This document shows positions 38,439 to 48,944 of a stretch of DNA of 64,000 nucleotides, one piece after another. Made by a program: the position numbers and the translations under genes. Under the pieces are notes generated by a model. That model made no database searches, was not told the DNA's origin, and saw only the letters and a list, made by a program, of their open reading frames with translations. The first letter of the stretch is position 1, and each line of letters opens with the position of its first letter. This DNA is from a virus (Duplodnaviria; Caudoviricetes): the IMG/VR virus record IMGVR_UViG_3300009314_000001. One strand, 5' to 3'.

Positions 38439-38696
38439 CTAGGGATTTACTACCGCTTCAGCGTCTTCAGCTTCCTGACTATCATAAATGACCCTAATCA
38501 TCCGACGTTTCTGAAGGTTCTCGATCTGTTCCCACCGGAGGTGGCTGTGAGGAAGGAGAGTGTCCTGACCAGGTGCTAATCGCACCTGTGATTCACCAGT
38601 GTAGAAATCAGCTCCAGGTGGTCTGACCTGGAGAGGAATCATCTGTGTACCACAATTGTAGAGCCTCACCATTCGTGACTTTTCGGCCTTTGCCAT
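38439..38696 (-). CDS. Hypothetical protein (neck/tail region)
   Basis: 85 aa; GGAG RBS. Confidence 0.65.
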   Translation of the reverse strand: MAKAEKSRMVRLYNCGTQMIPLQVRPPGADFYTGESQVRLAPGQDTLLPHSHLRWEQIENLQKRRMIRVIYDSQEAEDAEAVVNP

Positions 38697-38755
38697 TGTC
38701 TAGTCTCCATTTCTGATCGTAGTTTGAAGCATACTTCCAATATCTACCGGGGGTA

Positions 38756-39628
38756 TCAATCACTAACAGTCTGAGTAGGTTCATACCATAGATTACCACC
38801 AGCCCCAACCGATTGTGACTTAGAAGCAAGTAGTATATTACTAACCCGCTCCTTAAGCACTACAGTCCTACCAAGTACGGTCTTGACAATCTTCTCGGGC
38901 AACGGCAACCAAGCTTCAGCAGTACAATTAAATTCATAGCGTACTCTAGCAAGTTGATCAAACCCCGCCTCTTTATCACTTGCATCAGTAGAGCCGCCAA
39001 AACGTATTTGTACGCCACCCTCCAACTTGCCATCGAACATAATGAACTCAGCAAGCGGATTAAAACGTGTTAGCACTTGATATAATATATACTCTGCATC
39101 CCTCTTACGTTCTGCCCAAATTATCAAATTATACTCAACAAGCCACGGAGTAGGCCGAAACACTAAAGCAATCTGATCATATTGCTTGCTCAAATATCTC
39201 CCGGTCATAGCACCATATGGAGGACTATACTTCTCTGGATTGAATTCATGGCTCTCACGGCTTACCGCCGCCACAGGCAACCTAGCCCTACCCTCTTTCA
39301 GCTCATCAGCCCAAATCATAAGGCTCTTATCGCCACCAGCAACTTTCACCCGCATAAAACGATAATTGTCTTTAGTAGGCACTCTTATACCAGACCAATA
39401 TTGCTTCATAGCATAGTCTAGCGACCTAAACCCAGGAATTAAGAATTCCTCTAAATGTTCAGGATAGGATAGAAAATCAGTACCATCAAACGGATTTCTA
39501 CCGCCCTCGACATGACTAAGCTGCCTGACTGCAGGGACTTCACCAAGCCCAAACGGTACCTCCGTAGGCGGTGTTCGAAGTTTCTCACCCCTGACTGAGA
39601 AGTCAGCATCAAAATCATATACTGGCAT
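38756..39628 (-). CDS. Tail terminator / sheath stabiliser, gp15-like
   Basis: PTPWLVEYNLIIWAERKRDAEYILYQVLTRFNP. Located before the sheath. Confidence 0.7.
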   Translation of the reverse strand: MPVYDFDADFSVRGEKLRTPPTEVPFGLGEVPAVRQLSHVEGGRNPFDGTDFLSYPEHLEEFLIPGFRSLDYAMKQYWSGIRVPTKDNYRFMRVKVAGGDKSLMIWADELKEGRARLPVAAVSRESHEFNPEKYSPPYGAMTGRYLSKQYDQIALVFRPTPWLVEYNLIIWAERKRDAEYILYQVLTRFNPLAEFIMFDGKLEGGVQIRFGGSTDASDKEAGFDQLARVRYEFNCTAEAWLPLPEKIVKTVLGRTVVLKERVSNILLASKSQSVGAGGNLWYEPTQTVSD

Positions 39629-39903
39629 TAACTTGCCTTCACTAACTCAATAAGTGCAAATGGTGGTCCGAGTTCTTTCAATCGTGCTACAACTTTCGCC
39701 CTATCCTCCTCCGATTTGAATTCGTAAGTATGGGTTCTCTCCCTCTCCTTCCAATCAGTCTCTCTGCGCACAGCACTTGGTACAGTTTTAGTGACTTCTC
39801 CAACAGCAGCCTTCTCAATTAAATTGAAAAATGCTGCATGGTCATTACTAATCTTATTTCTAAGATCACCAAGGGACCCGCATTCTACCTTATCAGCCAT
39901 CAA
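39628..39903 (-). CDS. Hypothetical protein
   Basis: 91 aa; coupled to both neighbours. Confidence 0.55.
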   Translation of the reverse strand: MMADKVECGSLGDLRNKISNDHAAFFNLIEKAAVGEVTKTVPSAVRRETDWKERERTHTYEFKSEEDRAKVVARLKELGPPFALIELVKAS

Positions 39904-40526
39904 ATGCTTTCCCTATACTGACCACCGGTCTTGATTTGCTCCTCTGTTGGCATATCATCTTCAGGTCGCACTGCAATATCAGCAGTAAGGGTCTCAACCT
40001 GGCATGTATAATATAGCCAGATATAGCGAAAATTACCCGTAGGAGTACCATTAAGCACCCTAAAATTCCTTGGGTTGATCATCGCTGCATTATATGGTAA
40101 CTGAATCACATCACCACTACGAAGCATCCTATCTCCAAGTTTATCATAGATGCTCATATGGCTAAATGCTACTTCAGCAGTATTCTTAGTATCTAAACCC
40201 CATTTCTCTAATTCCACTTGAATCGGTTCAGGCTTGAAAAAGGCCTTAATAGTAAATGCATTCCAATAAGTAGGATCTGGATCTTCATCCCATACAGCAT
40301 CATAATCAGCATTTTCAGTCCTGGTATAGACCTTAACCTCTGCACCACTTACGTTTATCATCTCCTCTGCCATCGTTCTAGCCAGTTTTACATCCCGGCT
40401 TTCTTCATCATGAATAGCAATAGGTGTATGATGCTGATCAATATCAGATCTAAAACTCTCCCAAGCAGAGCTAAATAAAGCAGGACTAACTTGACCGGTA
40501 TCAATCGCAAATCTGTGTACGGACAT
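39900..40526 (-). CDS. Neck / head-closure protein, gp14-like
   Basis: EEMINVSGAEVKVY..DAVWDED..FF......LEKWGLD..A.VAFS..GDVIQLP. Confidence 0.7.
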   Translation of the reverse strand: MSVHRFAIDTGQVSPALFSSAWESFRSDIDQHHTPIAIHDEESRDVKLARTMAEEMINVSGAEVKVYTRTENADYDAVWDEDPDPTYWNAFTIKAFFKPEPIQVELEKWGLDTKNTAEVAFSHMSIYDKLGDRMLRSGDVIQLPYNAAMINPRNFRVLNGTPTGNFRYIWLYYTCQVETLTADIAVRPEDDMPTEEQIKTGGQYRESI

Positions 40527-40559
40527 ATCAATTCCTCTATAGTAGATTTGGAGAACGAG

Positions 40560-40859
40560 ATGGCCTTTTTACACTGTCACAAATGCGGATGGGAACAAGA
40601 TGACTTCTGGTCAGAGAATTATAATCCCATCAAATCACTACAAGACTGGATGAAAGATCTACTCACCAAAGACTTAGAAGAAGTATTTGGAACAGATGAA
40701 TTTACTGGTTATACTGTAACATGGAGAGAATTACTCGCCAAAGAATGTGAAAAAGCAGCAAAAGCTATTCGAAATATGAAATGGCGAACAGAGAAAGACT
40801 ATAAAGAATCAGAAGACCAGACGTGTCCAAAGTGTGGTAGCCCACTAGATGTGGATTAG
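40560..40859 (+). CDS. Hypothetical Zn-ribbon protein
   Basis: CHKCG..CPKCG. GGAG RBS before ATG 40560 (track start 40491). Confidence 0.65.
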   Translation: MAFLHCHKCGWEQDDFWSENYNPIKSLQDWMKDLLTKDLEEVFGTDEFTGYTVTWRELLAKECEKAAKAIRNMKWRTEKDYKESEDQTCPKCGSPLDVD

Positions 40860-41365
40860 GTTCCACTAATACCCCATGGCGGAATAGGAGGTAGTACACC
40901 GACACCAGCCGGAAATTCACCCTCTTCTTTATAAGGACTACGAGGTGGGGCTTCTGTATCTTCAAAGTCTGGTGATGGGCAATATCCCATCCCAATTATA
41001 TCACATGAATCATAATCTTCCTCTACTGGCAATTCCTCACTAGCTAGATCCCTGAGCATTTGATAGTAATCTGGTTTGCTGGCACAAGGGCAATCAACGT
41101 CGACTGCAGGCAATACAAACCATTTCTGACGAATAGCCCCACGACCCCAGTTACTACCCCACTTTATCCATGAACCAGGAATTGCGGCTAAGGCCTCCTC
41201 AAGATCAACAAGAGCACTACCGCAATTCTGTTGTGCTAACCAGCTTGAAAGTTTATTAGATGATAAGGCTGATGTAGGTTCACACCCTGGCACGAGTATC
41301 TTGTTGGTGGGCAAGACCTCTAATTGTAGTGCGATATCTACAGGGTATCTAGTAGGCATTTTCAT
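40856..41365 (-). CDS. Hypothetical protein
   Basis: 169 aa, Pro/Cys-rich. Confidence 0.55.
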   Translation of the reverse strand: MKMPTRYPVDIALQLEVLPTNKILVPGCEPTSALSSNKLSSWLAQQNCGSALVDLEEALAAIPGSWIKWGSNWGRGAIRQKWFVLPAVDVDCPCASKPDYYQMLRDLASEELPVEEDYDSCDIIGMGYCPSPDFEDTEAPPRSPYKEEGEFPAGVGVLPPIPPWGISGT

Positions 41366-42201
41366 TCTTCCTCAAATATCTTTGTTGGGTCAACTGATGT
41401 TGTGCCAGTTAACACTATTGCAACAAAGCACATAGCTTCACAATATTGATATAAAGCTCTTAGTTTAGCCTGTACTCTATCATCATTCAGCAACCTAGCA
41501 GCTTTCACTTCGACAATTAATATTTTATCAACTAATTTTATCATGAAATCAGGATAATAAATCCTTTTCTTTTCATCATGAAGATACTCGATCTTAATAG
41601 AATCTTTTGAAAAAGTTAGAACTCTATTATCGTTATCGAGGAATAATGCTACATCTTTTTCCCAACTGGAATGACACCAAAAAGCACCACCTTTTTTAGT
41701 TTCTAATCTACAACCACGTCTCCCCCGCATCCGTTTCTTACATGCTTGTTCAGAAGACATGTCAAAACCTTGAGATTCTTTATATCTGCGAGCAGAGCAC
41801 TCTAATCGTAATTTCTTAGATTTAGTTATAGCGAATTTTCTTAACCAATCACCAACACATTTAGAAGATACACCCAACTCACTAGCAAGCTCGGTTCTAG
41901 ATTTGTTTTGAATTATATAAGCATCGTACAGCCAATCTTTGTTGTTTAATTTACCAATCGCTTCTATTGATACAGAACGAACAAATTTATCAAGATTAGA
42001 TTTTTTAATATCACGCGGTCTGTAATTTATAGGTATATTGTGTCGTTTTAATGCAGAAACTACAGCCTTTTTACCACATCCTACAAGAGCACCTATTTGT
42101 CTGGTAGAAAGAGCAGGATAATATCGCTCAAGCCAACTTTTATCTAATAAAAAATCTGCTGCTTCACCTAATTGTGCTTTATAATTAGTAGGTATTTTCA
42201 T
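41362..42201 (-). mobile_element. Putative homing endonuclease: tandem HTH repeats plus PD-(D/E)xK (TnsA/gp4-like) nuclease
   Basis: Twice WL...Y......S..E/Q.A..LG.....V...L..F/H.I. HSSWE..YYPDF..IVEVKA. AT-rich; flanked by a 16-bp near-duplication. Confidence 0.65.
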
Positions 42202-43034
42202 ATAATATCTTTGATCAGAGAACCACCAAACATTAATATAGGCAATAATATATTCCAGATCAAAACCGGATATGGCTCTCCTAAATTAAGTGCTTTCTCT
42301 ATAATTGTCTCTTTGACCGCATTTGCCTCTTGAACCAAATCGGAGCCATCATAATTAATAGAGCCCCCATCAGGTGTAGGCATACCGGCAACCTTTCGTC
42401 TAGCCATCCCCACAGCATGTTTTACCTCAGCTTCCATCATCTCATAACAAATTGCTCTGGCCTGAGGACTCCGAAAATGATTGACTACCGGGATATACAG
42501 AATTACAACGGGGAATGCCCCCTTAGGTGTTGGGTAAAGCCTTATCAATTGATCTTTAGCATCGAGTGAATCACCCTCAACATTCCCCTCTACCTCACCT
42601 ATTACTTCCCAGTGTCCTTCCGTCCCAAGAACTTTTTGAGAGAACTTACGATACGACTGTAGTAAATGATAATCGGTAAGAATATTCTGAATACCAGAAA
42701 TATTACCAATATTAAACAAAAAGCTCTCAGCGCCGAAAACATCGTCTATTCTCGTCGTTACTGGATCCCAAGATACTTCCTGTACCCAATATGCGTCAGC
42801 CGGTAACGGATATGTGGACTGCAATGGAGTAGTCCAAAATAATGCTAATTTTTGTTCCCTCGGAAAATAACCAGAAATAAAATCACCAGCAACCCGAAAA
42901 ATCGTTTCCCATTGATCCTCAGTAATTTCTACTTCGGTTACGGGGAAGGCAAGCTTTGATAGGACATACTTTTTCATCGGCTCGCTTCGAACCTTCAAGA
43001 CCGATGGTAGGTCTGCTGGTGCAAGTATGGCCAT
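42198..43034 (-). CDS. Neck / head-tail adaptor, gp13-like
   Basis: KYVLSKLAFPVTEVEITEDQ; MPTPDGGSINYDGSDLVQEA. Confidence 0.75.
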   Translation of the reverse strand: MAILAPADLPSVLKVRSEPMKKYVLSKLAFPVTEVEITEDQWETIFRVAGDFISGYFPREQKLALFWTTPLQSTYPLPADAYWVQEVSWDPVTTRIDDVFGAESFLFNIGNISGIQNILTDYHLLQSYRKFSQKVLGTEGHWEVIGEVEGNVEGDSLDAKDQLIRLYPTPKGAFPVVILYIPVVNHFRSPQARAICYEMMEAEVKHAVGMARRKVAGMPTPDGGSINYDGSDLVQEANAVKETIIEKALNLGEPYPVLIWNILLPILMFGGSLIKDII

Positions 43035-44116
43035 TATACCCTCATTAGACTCTCTTCAAGTTCTGTTTTCTTCCTGGCATATCCTCGATATCCTCTGGCA
43101 TGCTCATATATCTTCTTTAGTACGTCCCGCACACCTCTTATTTCTGACGATGGTATGTTGAATGAACGTGCTCCACCATGGGGAGCACTGCTTCCACCTT
43201 GTTTCTTTGCTACCTCTATGACATATTCAACAACATCATTACCCATAAGGTGTATATCTGTAACCAATGCGATCCCTTGCGTAGCATGTGCTACAACATC
43301 AACTGTATCTATAATCTCACCAATATGATCTAATGTTACATTTTCTACCTCAATTTTTTGTATTTGTGGCTGAATCCCACTATACGAATAATCCTTCTCA
43401 CCCAAACAAGCAATATGTATATCAGCCCCACCAGCTTCTTCCACTTCTTTAATCTTCGCAACTCTTGGTCTAGTCATACTGCCAGTAGCGGGTCGTTCCA
43501 ATCTTAGCCAAGGACCATCATATGCTAGGGTCACACCTGTGATATATGAGTATCTCGTTCGGAACTTTCCACCATCAGTATTCAATAATTTCCCGAAAAT
43601 ATTAAACCCAAAATCACGTAATTCTTGGACTTTAGCAGCAAGTTCTTGATATTCAGGTCTTCTAAAAAATCTTACTAACCCCGCTAATGTCTCGGATGTT
43701 ATAGCTTTTTCATATTCATAGCTAACTAGTTTACCATTAGGTTGTACAAATTGAAATCGATCTGTAAGGGCTTGGAAGAATCTTGGGAATCTAGTTTCAA
43801 CACGCTTACATAATTCTTTTATCTTATCAATCGATGACCTATATCGTGCTGCTTCCAAATCGGATTCTTGTTGTCTTCTTCTGTCTGCTTCGATCTGAGT
43901 TGCTGTTCTGCCATAATTTCTTAAACTATCAAGAGCATAACGCATTTTTTGAAGATAATGAGAACCAGCACAAACTCCACCAGGTAACGTACCGAAATCA
44001 GCTTCTCGATAGTCCTCTAGCTGATCGATGATATCATCGAGCATTCGTTTTTCCTCGTCGCTAAACTGAGCTTCGAGGATTAAATTCAATTGATGCTCAA
44101 ACGGTAGCCGTAGCAT
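43034..44116 (-). CDS. Hypothetical protein (possible internal virion protein)
   Basis: 360 aa; N-terminal LPFE..LILE. Confidence 0.6.
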   Translation of the reverse strand: MLRLPFEHQLNLILEAQFSDEEKRMLDDIIDQLEDYREADFGTLPGGVCAGSHYLQKMRYALDSLRNYGRTATQIEADRRRQQESDLEAARYRSSIDKIKELCKRVETRFPRFFQALTDRFQFVQPNGKLVSYEYEKAITSETLAGLVRFFRRPEYQELAAKVQELRDFGFNIFGKLLNTDGGKFRTRYSYITGVTLAYDGPWLRLERPATGSMTRPRVAKIKEVEEAGGADIHIACLGEKDYSYSGIQPQIQKIEVENVTLDHIGEIIDTVDVVAHATQGIALVTDIHLMGNDVVEYVIEVAKKQGGSSAPHGGARSFNIPSSEIRGVRDVLKKIYEHARGYRGYARKKTELEESLMRV

Positions 44117-46070
44117 CTTCCAACCTCTGTAATCTTGCTAATTTCCGGTCGATAAGCTTCTTAACACCACGTGACTTAGTCATGATTCTAAGTTCTCGTA
44201 GTTCAGCTGGATCATCGATCTCCAGTACTTCAGCTGTGTCAGCGGCTAGCTTAGCAGAAGTTCCCTTCAAAGTCGGATAAGTTATTTCTCCTTCTTTAGC
44301 CGTTATCTCTCTTATTCCAGCCATCATGTGTTTCAGCTTTGCATTAATAGATTTATTACCTATTCTATATAATTGAGACAGATTCTCAAATTCAGTGCTG
44401 TAAACTATTGCATCAGCCACTGCGGATTCTATACTAAAATCTGGCGGCAAAAGACTTAGTATAGCAACCTTACTCTCAAAATCTCCTTCAACAAGTTCAC
44501 CTGTAAGCGAAGTAAGTATTAAATTAATCGTATTACTCCCAGCCTCGCTCTCAACAGCGGATCGCAATAACCTTGTCATATGATCCAACGGGACATTCCC
44601 AAACATTACTGGAGCAATATCATTACTTAATGCGCCCTTTGCCATCATTTCATCGACTATATCTGCGAATCTATCATGCCTACCAGGGAATGCCCCAATA
44701 GCGTGTTTATAATTTCTAAAAGCTGCGGCAAGATCCTCTACATCGATCTTCGATATATCGTCTATAAAGTCCTCAGGATGGTATGCTGCATGTATAGTCA
44801 ATAGGGCTGTACGCGGCAATTTACCTTCTTCAGCAAGTTGCAATGCTTTTTCCTCCGATATCTTGCGATATTTTATAGCCAAAGTAACAAATTCACCAGC
44901 GTCCCAGAGCCACCAGGCTCCTTGTTTTCCATAGTAATGGCCTTGTTGTTGTTTGGCGGCAGGATTATTATGTAAAAGAGCAAGTACCGTATCTTCGGTT
45001 AATCTCTTTACAATTTTCTCATCAGCATGCCTCATACCTTGTTTACTGATAATAGCATTCAAGTTCTCATCATTGAGCTTACCAAGCAAATGAGCATTTT
45101 CTGTAATATCACCTTGGTATGATGTTATAAAATCATCTAATGGTATCTCAAGACGCCAGAAATCGGAATGATTGGTTATCTCTATTCCCTTCTTACGTAT
45201 AAGAGTCCTAACAAAATCCATTATAGGTTCATGATATTTCTCAATTGGTGCTCTATTCTGCTTACCTTTAATTTCATTAACTGCCCACTTGCCAGAACCG
45301 GCATTTTTTGTGATTGACATACTAACATGCGGATTATTATATCTATTCCGCATGCTAAATATCTTAGTAGTATCACCTGGATTACAGTACTTGCCGATGC
45401 AATTCTGCATCTTCACACCCTCGATGCGTGCATCGTCTTTTTTAACTGATATCCAGAAGAATGGACCAGATTTATGCACCGCTTGTTCAGGTCCTCGTAC
45501 GTATTCCCCTCCTACTTTCTGATTAGCAAATTGTTGTTCATGCCATTGATGGGATGCCGCCTGCACATCCTGTAATGACATCTCTTTTAATTGATCGTCG
45601 GTAAGGCCTTCACCCTCAATATAATGAAACAATCCCTCATCAAATACTGCGTCAGGATCCTCTTTCTGGATCCTCATAATCCATTGCCAGTACTTGGGGT
45701 GTACTTCCTTCGCTCTCCTCACCTCAGCAGCATACTTCAATTCTGCTTCGCTCTTCTCCCTCTTCTTAAAGGGATCTAGTTCTGCTACAGCTGCTAGAGA
45801 GTCTTGGTCAATCTTGTCGATGACACCTTGATTCAGACCTAGAACGAGTTTCTCAGCGTTCTTTCTATCCAGATCGATAGCTTGTTGGATAAGATCGGTA
45901 TCCACCTCTGGATACTTTTTACTCAAATAATCAATCTGATCTTCAAGGAGTAATGTATCAAAGAAATGTTGGTCAAAGCCTTCAAACGGCAGTAAATTTA
46001 TACCTTTTGGTTTTGATCTATTAATCTCACACAATTTATGACTTGATGATCTATACACATCATTTCTCAC
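44097..46070 (-). CDS. PcfJ-like domain protein
   Basis: EGVKMQNCIGKY..IFSMRN..PHVSM..EIKGKQN. Start uncertain. Confidence 0.65.
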   Translation of the reverse strand: MRNDVYRSSSHKLCEINRSKPKGINLLPFEGFDQHFFDTLLLEDQIDYLSKKYPEVDTDLIQQAIDLDRKNAEKLVLGLNQGVIDKIDQDSLAAVAELDPFKKREKSEAELKYAAEVRRAKEVHPKYWQWIMRIQKEDPDAVFDEGLFHYIEGEGLTDDQLKEMSLQDVQAASHQWHEQQFANQKVGGEYVRGPEQAVHKSGPFFWISVKKDDARIEGVKMQNCIGKYCNPGDTTKIFSMRNRYNNPHVSMSITKNAGSGKWAVNEIKGKQNRAPIEKYHEPIMDFVRTLIRKKGIEITNHSDFWRLEIPLDDFITSYQGDITENAHLLGKLNDENLNAIISKQGMRHADEKIVKRLTEDTVLALLHNNPAAKQQQGHYYGKQGAWWLWDAGEFVTLAIKYRKISEEKALQLAEEGKLPRTALLTIHAAYHPEDFIDDISKIDVEDLAAAFRNYKHAIGAFPGRHDRFADIVDEMMAKGALSNDIAPVMFGNVPLDHMTRLLRSAVESEAGSNTINLILTSLTGELVEGDFESKVAILSLLPPDFSIESAVADAIVYSTEFENLSQLYRIGNKSINAKLKHMMAGIREITAKEGEITYPTLKGTSAKLAADTAEVLEIDDPAELRELRIMTKSRGVKKLIDRKLARLQRLEDATATV

Positions 46071-46233
46071 GTCTTAATCGTCGTAATTCTGCAACCAAGC
46101 CTTCTTCGTCAGTTACTCCGACGTTCTCGACCTCATTCAAAACATCAAGAACTTCTTGTGGCGTTAATTCCTGTCCGTGTTTCTCTGCGATATACTGTCT
46201 GATGTATTGGAGATCCTCTTTAGCAATTTCCAT
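46060..46233 (-). CDS. Small hypothetical protein (57 aa)
   Basis: Manual translation MEIAKEDLQYIRQYIAEKHGQELTPQEV.. fills the gap; below the ORF-track cutoff. Confidence 0.55.
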   Translation of the reverse strand: MEIAKEDLQYIRQYIAEKHGQELTPQEVLDVLNEVENVGVTDEEGLVAELRRLRREK

Positions 46234-46240
46234 AACGTAC

Positions 46241-46792
46241 CTAGGTCTTGGACATGTGATAACCTTTGTCGCCGTATACCACCCCAGCGACTTCTAACCT
46301 GAAGATACGATACGTAACGCCAGATGGTAGACCAGCATCGAGTGCATCTTCCAGGAGAGTCTTAATTACAGATTCTTCATACCGATTCTCACTCGATGGA
46401 TTCTGCAAATGGGCAGCCGCCCCTCCAGCACCAGTCCGTATTTCACCACCATGGAATACGGTCTTATCTGGGTGCTGCTGATTGTTATCCAAACCAGACT
46501 CGAAGAATCCTGTTATCATCAATTGCGCAGGATTTTGACCAATACGTGGCTTGACGGACATACCATGGCGGTATCCACTCCAGCTACCACCACTTTGACC
46601 GCCACGGAGATGACCTTGGCCACCTCCAGGAGTTGCTAATTGAAAGCTGCTTTCGGTAGCAATCGCATCATACGCTAATGCACCGATTTTTTGCATATCT
46701 CGCCACATTTCCATTCTCTTGGATTTCAGGAGTCCTGAACCCCATTGTGGCTCAATTCGAATGTGTACAGTAAATGGTGTCCACCTGGCCAT
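46241..46792 (-). CDS. Hypothetical protein
   Basis: 183 aa; GGAGG RBS and CAAAAATA upstream. Confidence 0.65.
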   Translation of the reverse strand: MARWTPFTVHIRIEPQWGSGLLKSKRMEMWRDMQKIGALAYDAIATESSFQLATPGGGQGHLRGGQSGGSWSGYRHGMSVKPRIGQNPAQLMITGFFESGLDNNQQHPDKTVFHGGEIRTGAGGAAAHLQNPSSENRYEESVIKTLLEDALDAGLPSGVTYRIFRLEVAGVVYGDKGYHMSKT

Positions 46793-46833
46793 GATAAGTA
46801 TCCTCCATTAATATTTTTGTATGAAGAAAAAAC

Positions 46834-47232
46834 ATGATTAATATCATAATCATCTACGATGAAGAATTGGAAAGCATCAAGGTGAGCGGTGGTGCACAGC
46901 CATCAGATTATAGAGGAAGCCTCAAGGATTGGTTGGATATACATGCATTAAAAATATCTCAATTACAAAAAGACGGAACATGGGATATTAGAATTCCCAA
47001 GAATATATGGCGCACCCATATCGAGGGTAATAAAAATTTACTAGATATCTTCGAAATAATTGCAGAGATATGTGCGACAGATATACAAAACCCTAATCCA
47101 AAATCACCGGCATGCATCTGCCCAATAGAATGTGATTGTGCTGATCCAGACAACGGATTATTCAGCGAGCACTGCCCAATCCATAATGAAAAGCCTATGC
47201 CAGATCCAGATTGTCCGTATCACCAGATCTAA
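46834..47232 (+). CDS. Hypothetical protein with Cys/His-rich C-terminus
   Basis: CICPIECDC..HCPIH..CPYH. Confidence 0.55.
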   Translation: MINIIIIYDEELESIKVSGGAQPSDYRGSLKDWLDIHALKISQLQKDGTWDIRIPKNIWRTHIEGNKNLLDIFEIIAEICATDIQNPNPKSPACICPIECDCADPDNGLFSEHCPIHNEKPMPDPDCPYHQI

Positions 47233-47861
47233 GTAATTACTATTCTATCTGCCTCTACAGACTTTATATTGTGCCGCCACGGATGCTTGCTGTGAGGATC
47301 CGGGTCATACACGAAATTACTATTTACAACCCTAAATGCATCCTCATATACAAATGTAATATTCCTTACTGGCCACGGTAAAACACCAAATCCTATTTCA
47401 TATCCTATTAGATGTACTATCTTAATAGTACTGCCTTGCTCCATGGCAGTGCGACGTCTGTAAAAGAATCGCATTCCAGGCACTAAGTCTTGATGGAATA
47501 GGACTCTACCAGCTTTCGTAGTCAGTGAGAATCCTCTCAAATTCTCTCTGCTTACTAATTCACAGGAACGACTATTTCCTTCTTCATCATATTGTTTAAA
47601 GGTTGAACCATCAGCGTAATGAGCTATCCATCTTATTTTATCGCTTGGTGTCATATTCACGGCATCCGGTTTAGGACTGGGTGAGAATGTATGGATGCCT
47701 TGTTTATCAAAGTTCAGGTTCATTGGATGTGTTTCACCCAATTCTGCTGCTTCATTTATTTCTAAGCATTTAGGCTCACCGTCGCTATCTCCTTCTTTCA
47801 CTTGTTCAGCACTGAATGGTAATTCGGCTGTCCACCTATCGATTTTTACTTGGCGTGGCAT
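47229..47861 (-). CDS. Hypothetical protein
   Basis: 210 aa; GGGAG RBS. Confidence 0.65.
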   Translation of the reverse strand: MPRQVKIDRWTAELPFSAEQVKEGDSDGEPKCLEINEAAELGETHPMNLNFDKQGIHTFSPSPKPDAVNMTPSDKIRWIAHYADGSTFKQYDEEGNSRSCELVSRENLRGFSLTTKAGRVLFHQDLVPGMRFFYRRRTAMEQGSTIKIVHLIGYEIGFGVLPWPVRNITFVYEDAFRVVNSNFVYDPDPHSKHPWRHNIKSVEADRIVIT

Positions 47862-47886
47862 AATTTATCTCCCGATTTATATACAG

Positions 47887-47918
47887 CGACCCCAGAAAGG
47901 ACGTACTTTCTGGGGTCG
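47887..47918 (-). terminator. Hairpin terminator
   Basis: Perfect 13-bp stem CGACCCCAGAAAG/CTTTCTGGGGTCG just after the 47926 stop. Confidence 0.6.
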
Positions 47919-47925
47919 TAATATT

Positions 47926-48249
47926 TTAGATGTCGACTTCTACTTCGATTTCGTCGACGTCTTTTGTCCTATTTTCGAGGTTTTTCTTCGTCGCCTCGAG
48001 TTCTTCTTCGTAGGATGCCACTTGTTTCTTATTCATCAAGTTCTTTGCACGCACCCATAGACAATTCTTGGATTTGGCACGGCCGCCACAGTCATGGGAG
48101 CCCACACCATCTTTCTCGAATTCCACACCTACTTGGCATACGGGATTATCCGTTAAAGCAATTATTGTTGCTTTCTGGGGTGGCATAAGTGCCCTAGCGA
48201 ATCTAGGGATCATCACCCAACATTTGGTACCCTTTTTTATTTTAGCCAT
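47926..48249 (-). CDS. Hypothetical protein
   Basis: 107 aa. Confidence 0.6.
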   Translation of the reverse strand: MAKIKKGTKCWVMIPRFARALMPPQKATIIALTDNPVCQVGVEFEKDGVGSHDCGGRAKSKNCLWVRAKNLMNKKQVASYEEELEATKKNLENRTKDVDEIEVEVDI

Positions 48250-48267
48250 CGTCAGTCTCCAATATGG

Positions 48268-48858
48268 CTATGTTTCATCATAAAGCCAAGTGAATGTTTC
48301 TTTGTTCGTCGTACCTGCCGATGCACCAGGGTTGTTTACCTCGAATTGGTATACAACAAAGTCTCCAAAATCGCCGGTGCTGGTCTGAGAGCCATCAACA
48401 CTTAGTGGACTACCACTGGTATGTGTAAATGCTGTGACTGGGTTCGTTAGCAAGGCTGCATAATTACCCTTACTCAGTAGCGTACCACTAGTACCGGTCG
48501 TTCCAGTAGCCTGAACATATGGTGTGGCATGATCTTTGTCAGCTCTAGCAACCTTACAATAAATCGCATTGGGGTCACCGCCTGGGTCAAGACTATTGGT
48601 TCCGTCAGTATACCATCGCAGGTTATTAATAGTACCAGTCGGTGCTACAGAAGCAGATAACCTGGTACAACACCAAAAACTACGATTCGTACCAGCAACA
48701 GTTGGGATCTTGATCGGATTTGAACTTCCAGCAGCTGTTGTCTGATGCGAGTCGCTGGCATTTACGACGGTATTCCCAGCACCGGCAGCATCGATAGTCG
48801 TCTTTGTCGGCCCACCAGCTACTCCGGTCCACCGTTTTATTGCAACAGTTGCAGTCAT
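48268..48858 (-). CDS. Probable virion structural protein (Thr/Gly-rich beta-sandwich)
   Basis: 196 aa; GGAG RBS and CAAAGATA upstream. Confidence 0.6.
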   Translation of the reverse strand: MTATVAIKRWTGVAGGPTKTTIDAAGAGNTVVNASDSHQTTAAGSSNPIKIPTVAGTNRSFWCCTRLSASVAPTGTINNLRWYTDGTNSLDPGGDPNAIYCKVARADKDHATPYVQATGTTGTSGTLLSKGNYAALLTNPVTAFTHTSGSPLSVDGSQTSTGDFGDFVVYQFEVNNPGASAGTTNKETFTWLYDET

Positions 48859-48891
48859 TTGTATTCTCCAATACTGCTTTAGTATTCAAAT

Positions 48892-48925
48892 TATCTTTGC
48901 CACGATTAAAATAGCAGCAAATCTA
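48892..48925. promoter_or_regulatory. Back-to-back putative late promoters (CAAAGATA on minus, CAAATCTA on plus)
   Basis: 48892-48899 (-) and 48918-48925 (+), in the divergent intergenic gap. Confidence 0.5.
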
Positions 48926-48944
48926 ATGATAAGGAACATAAATT

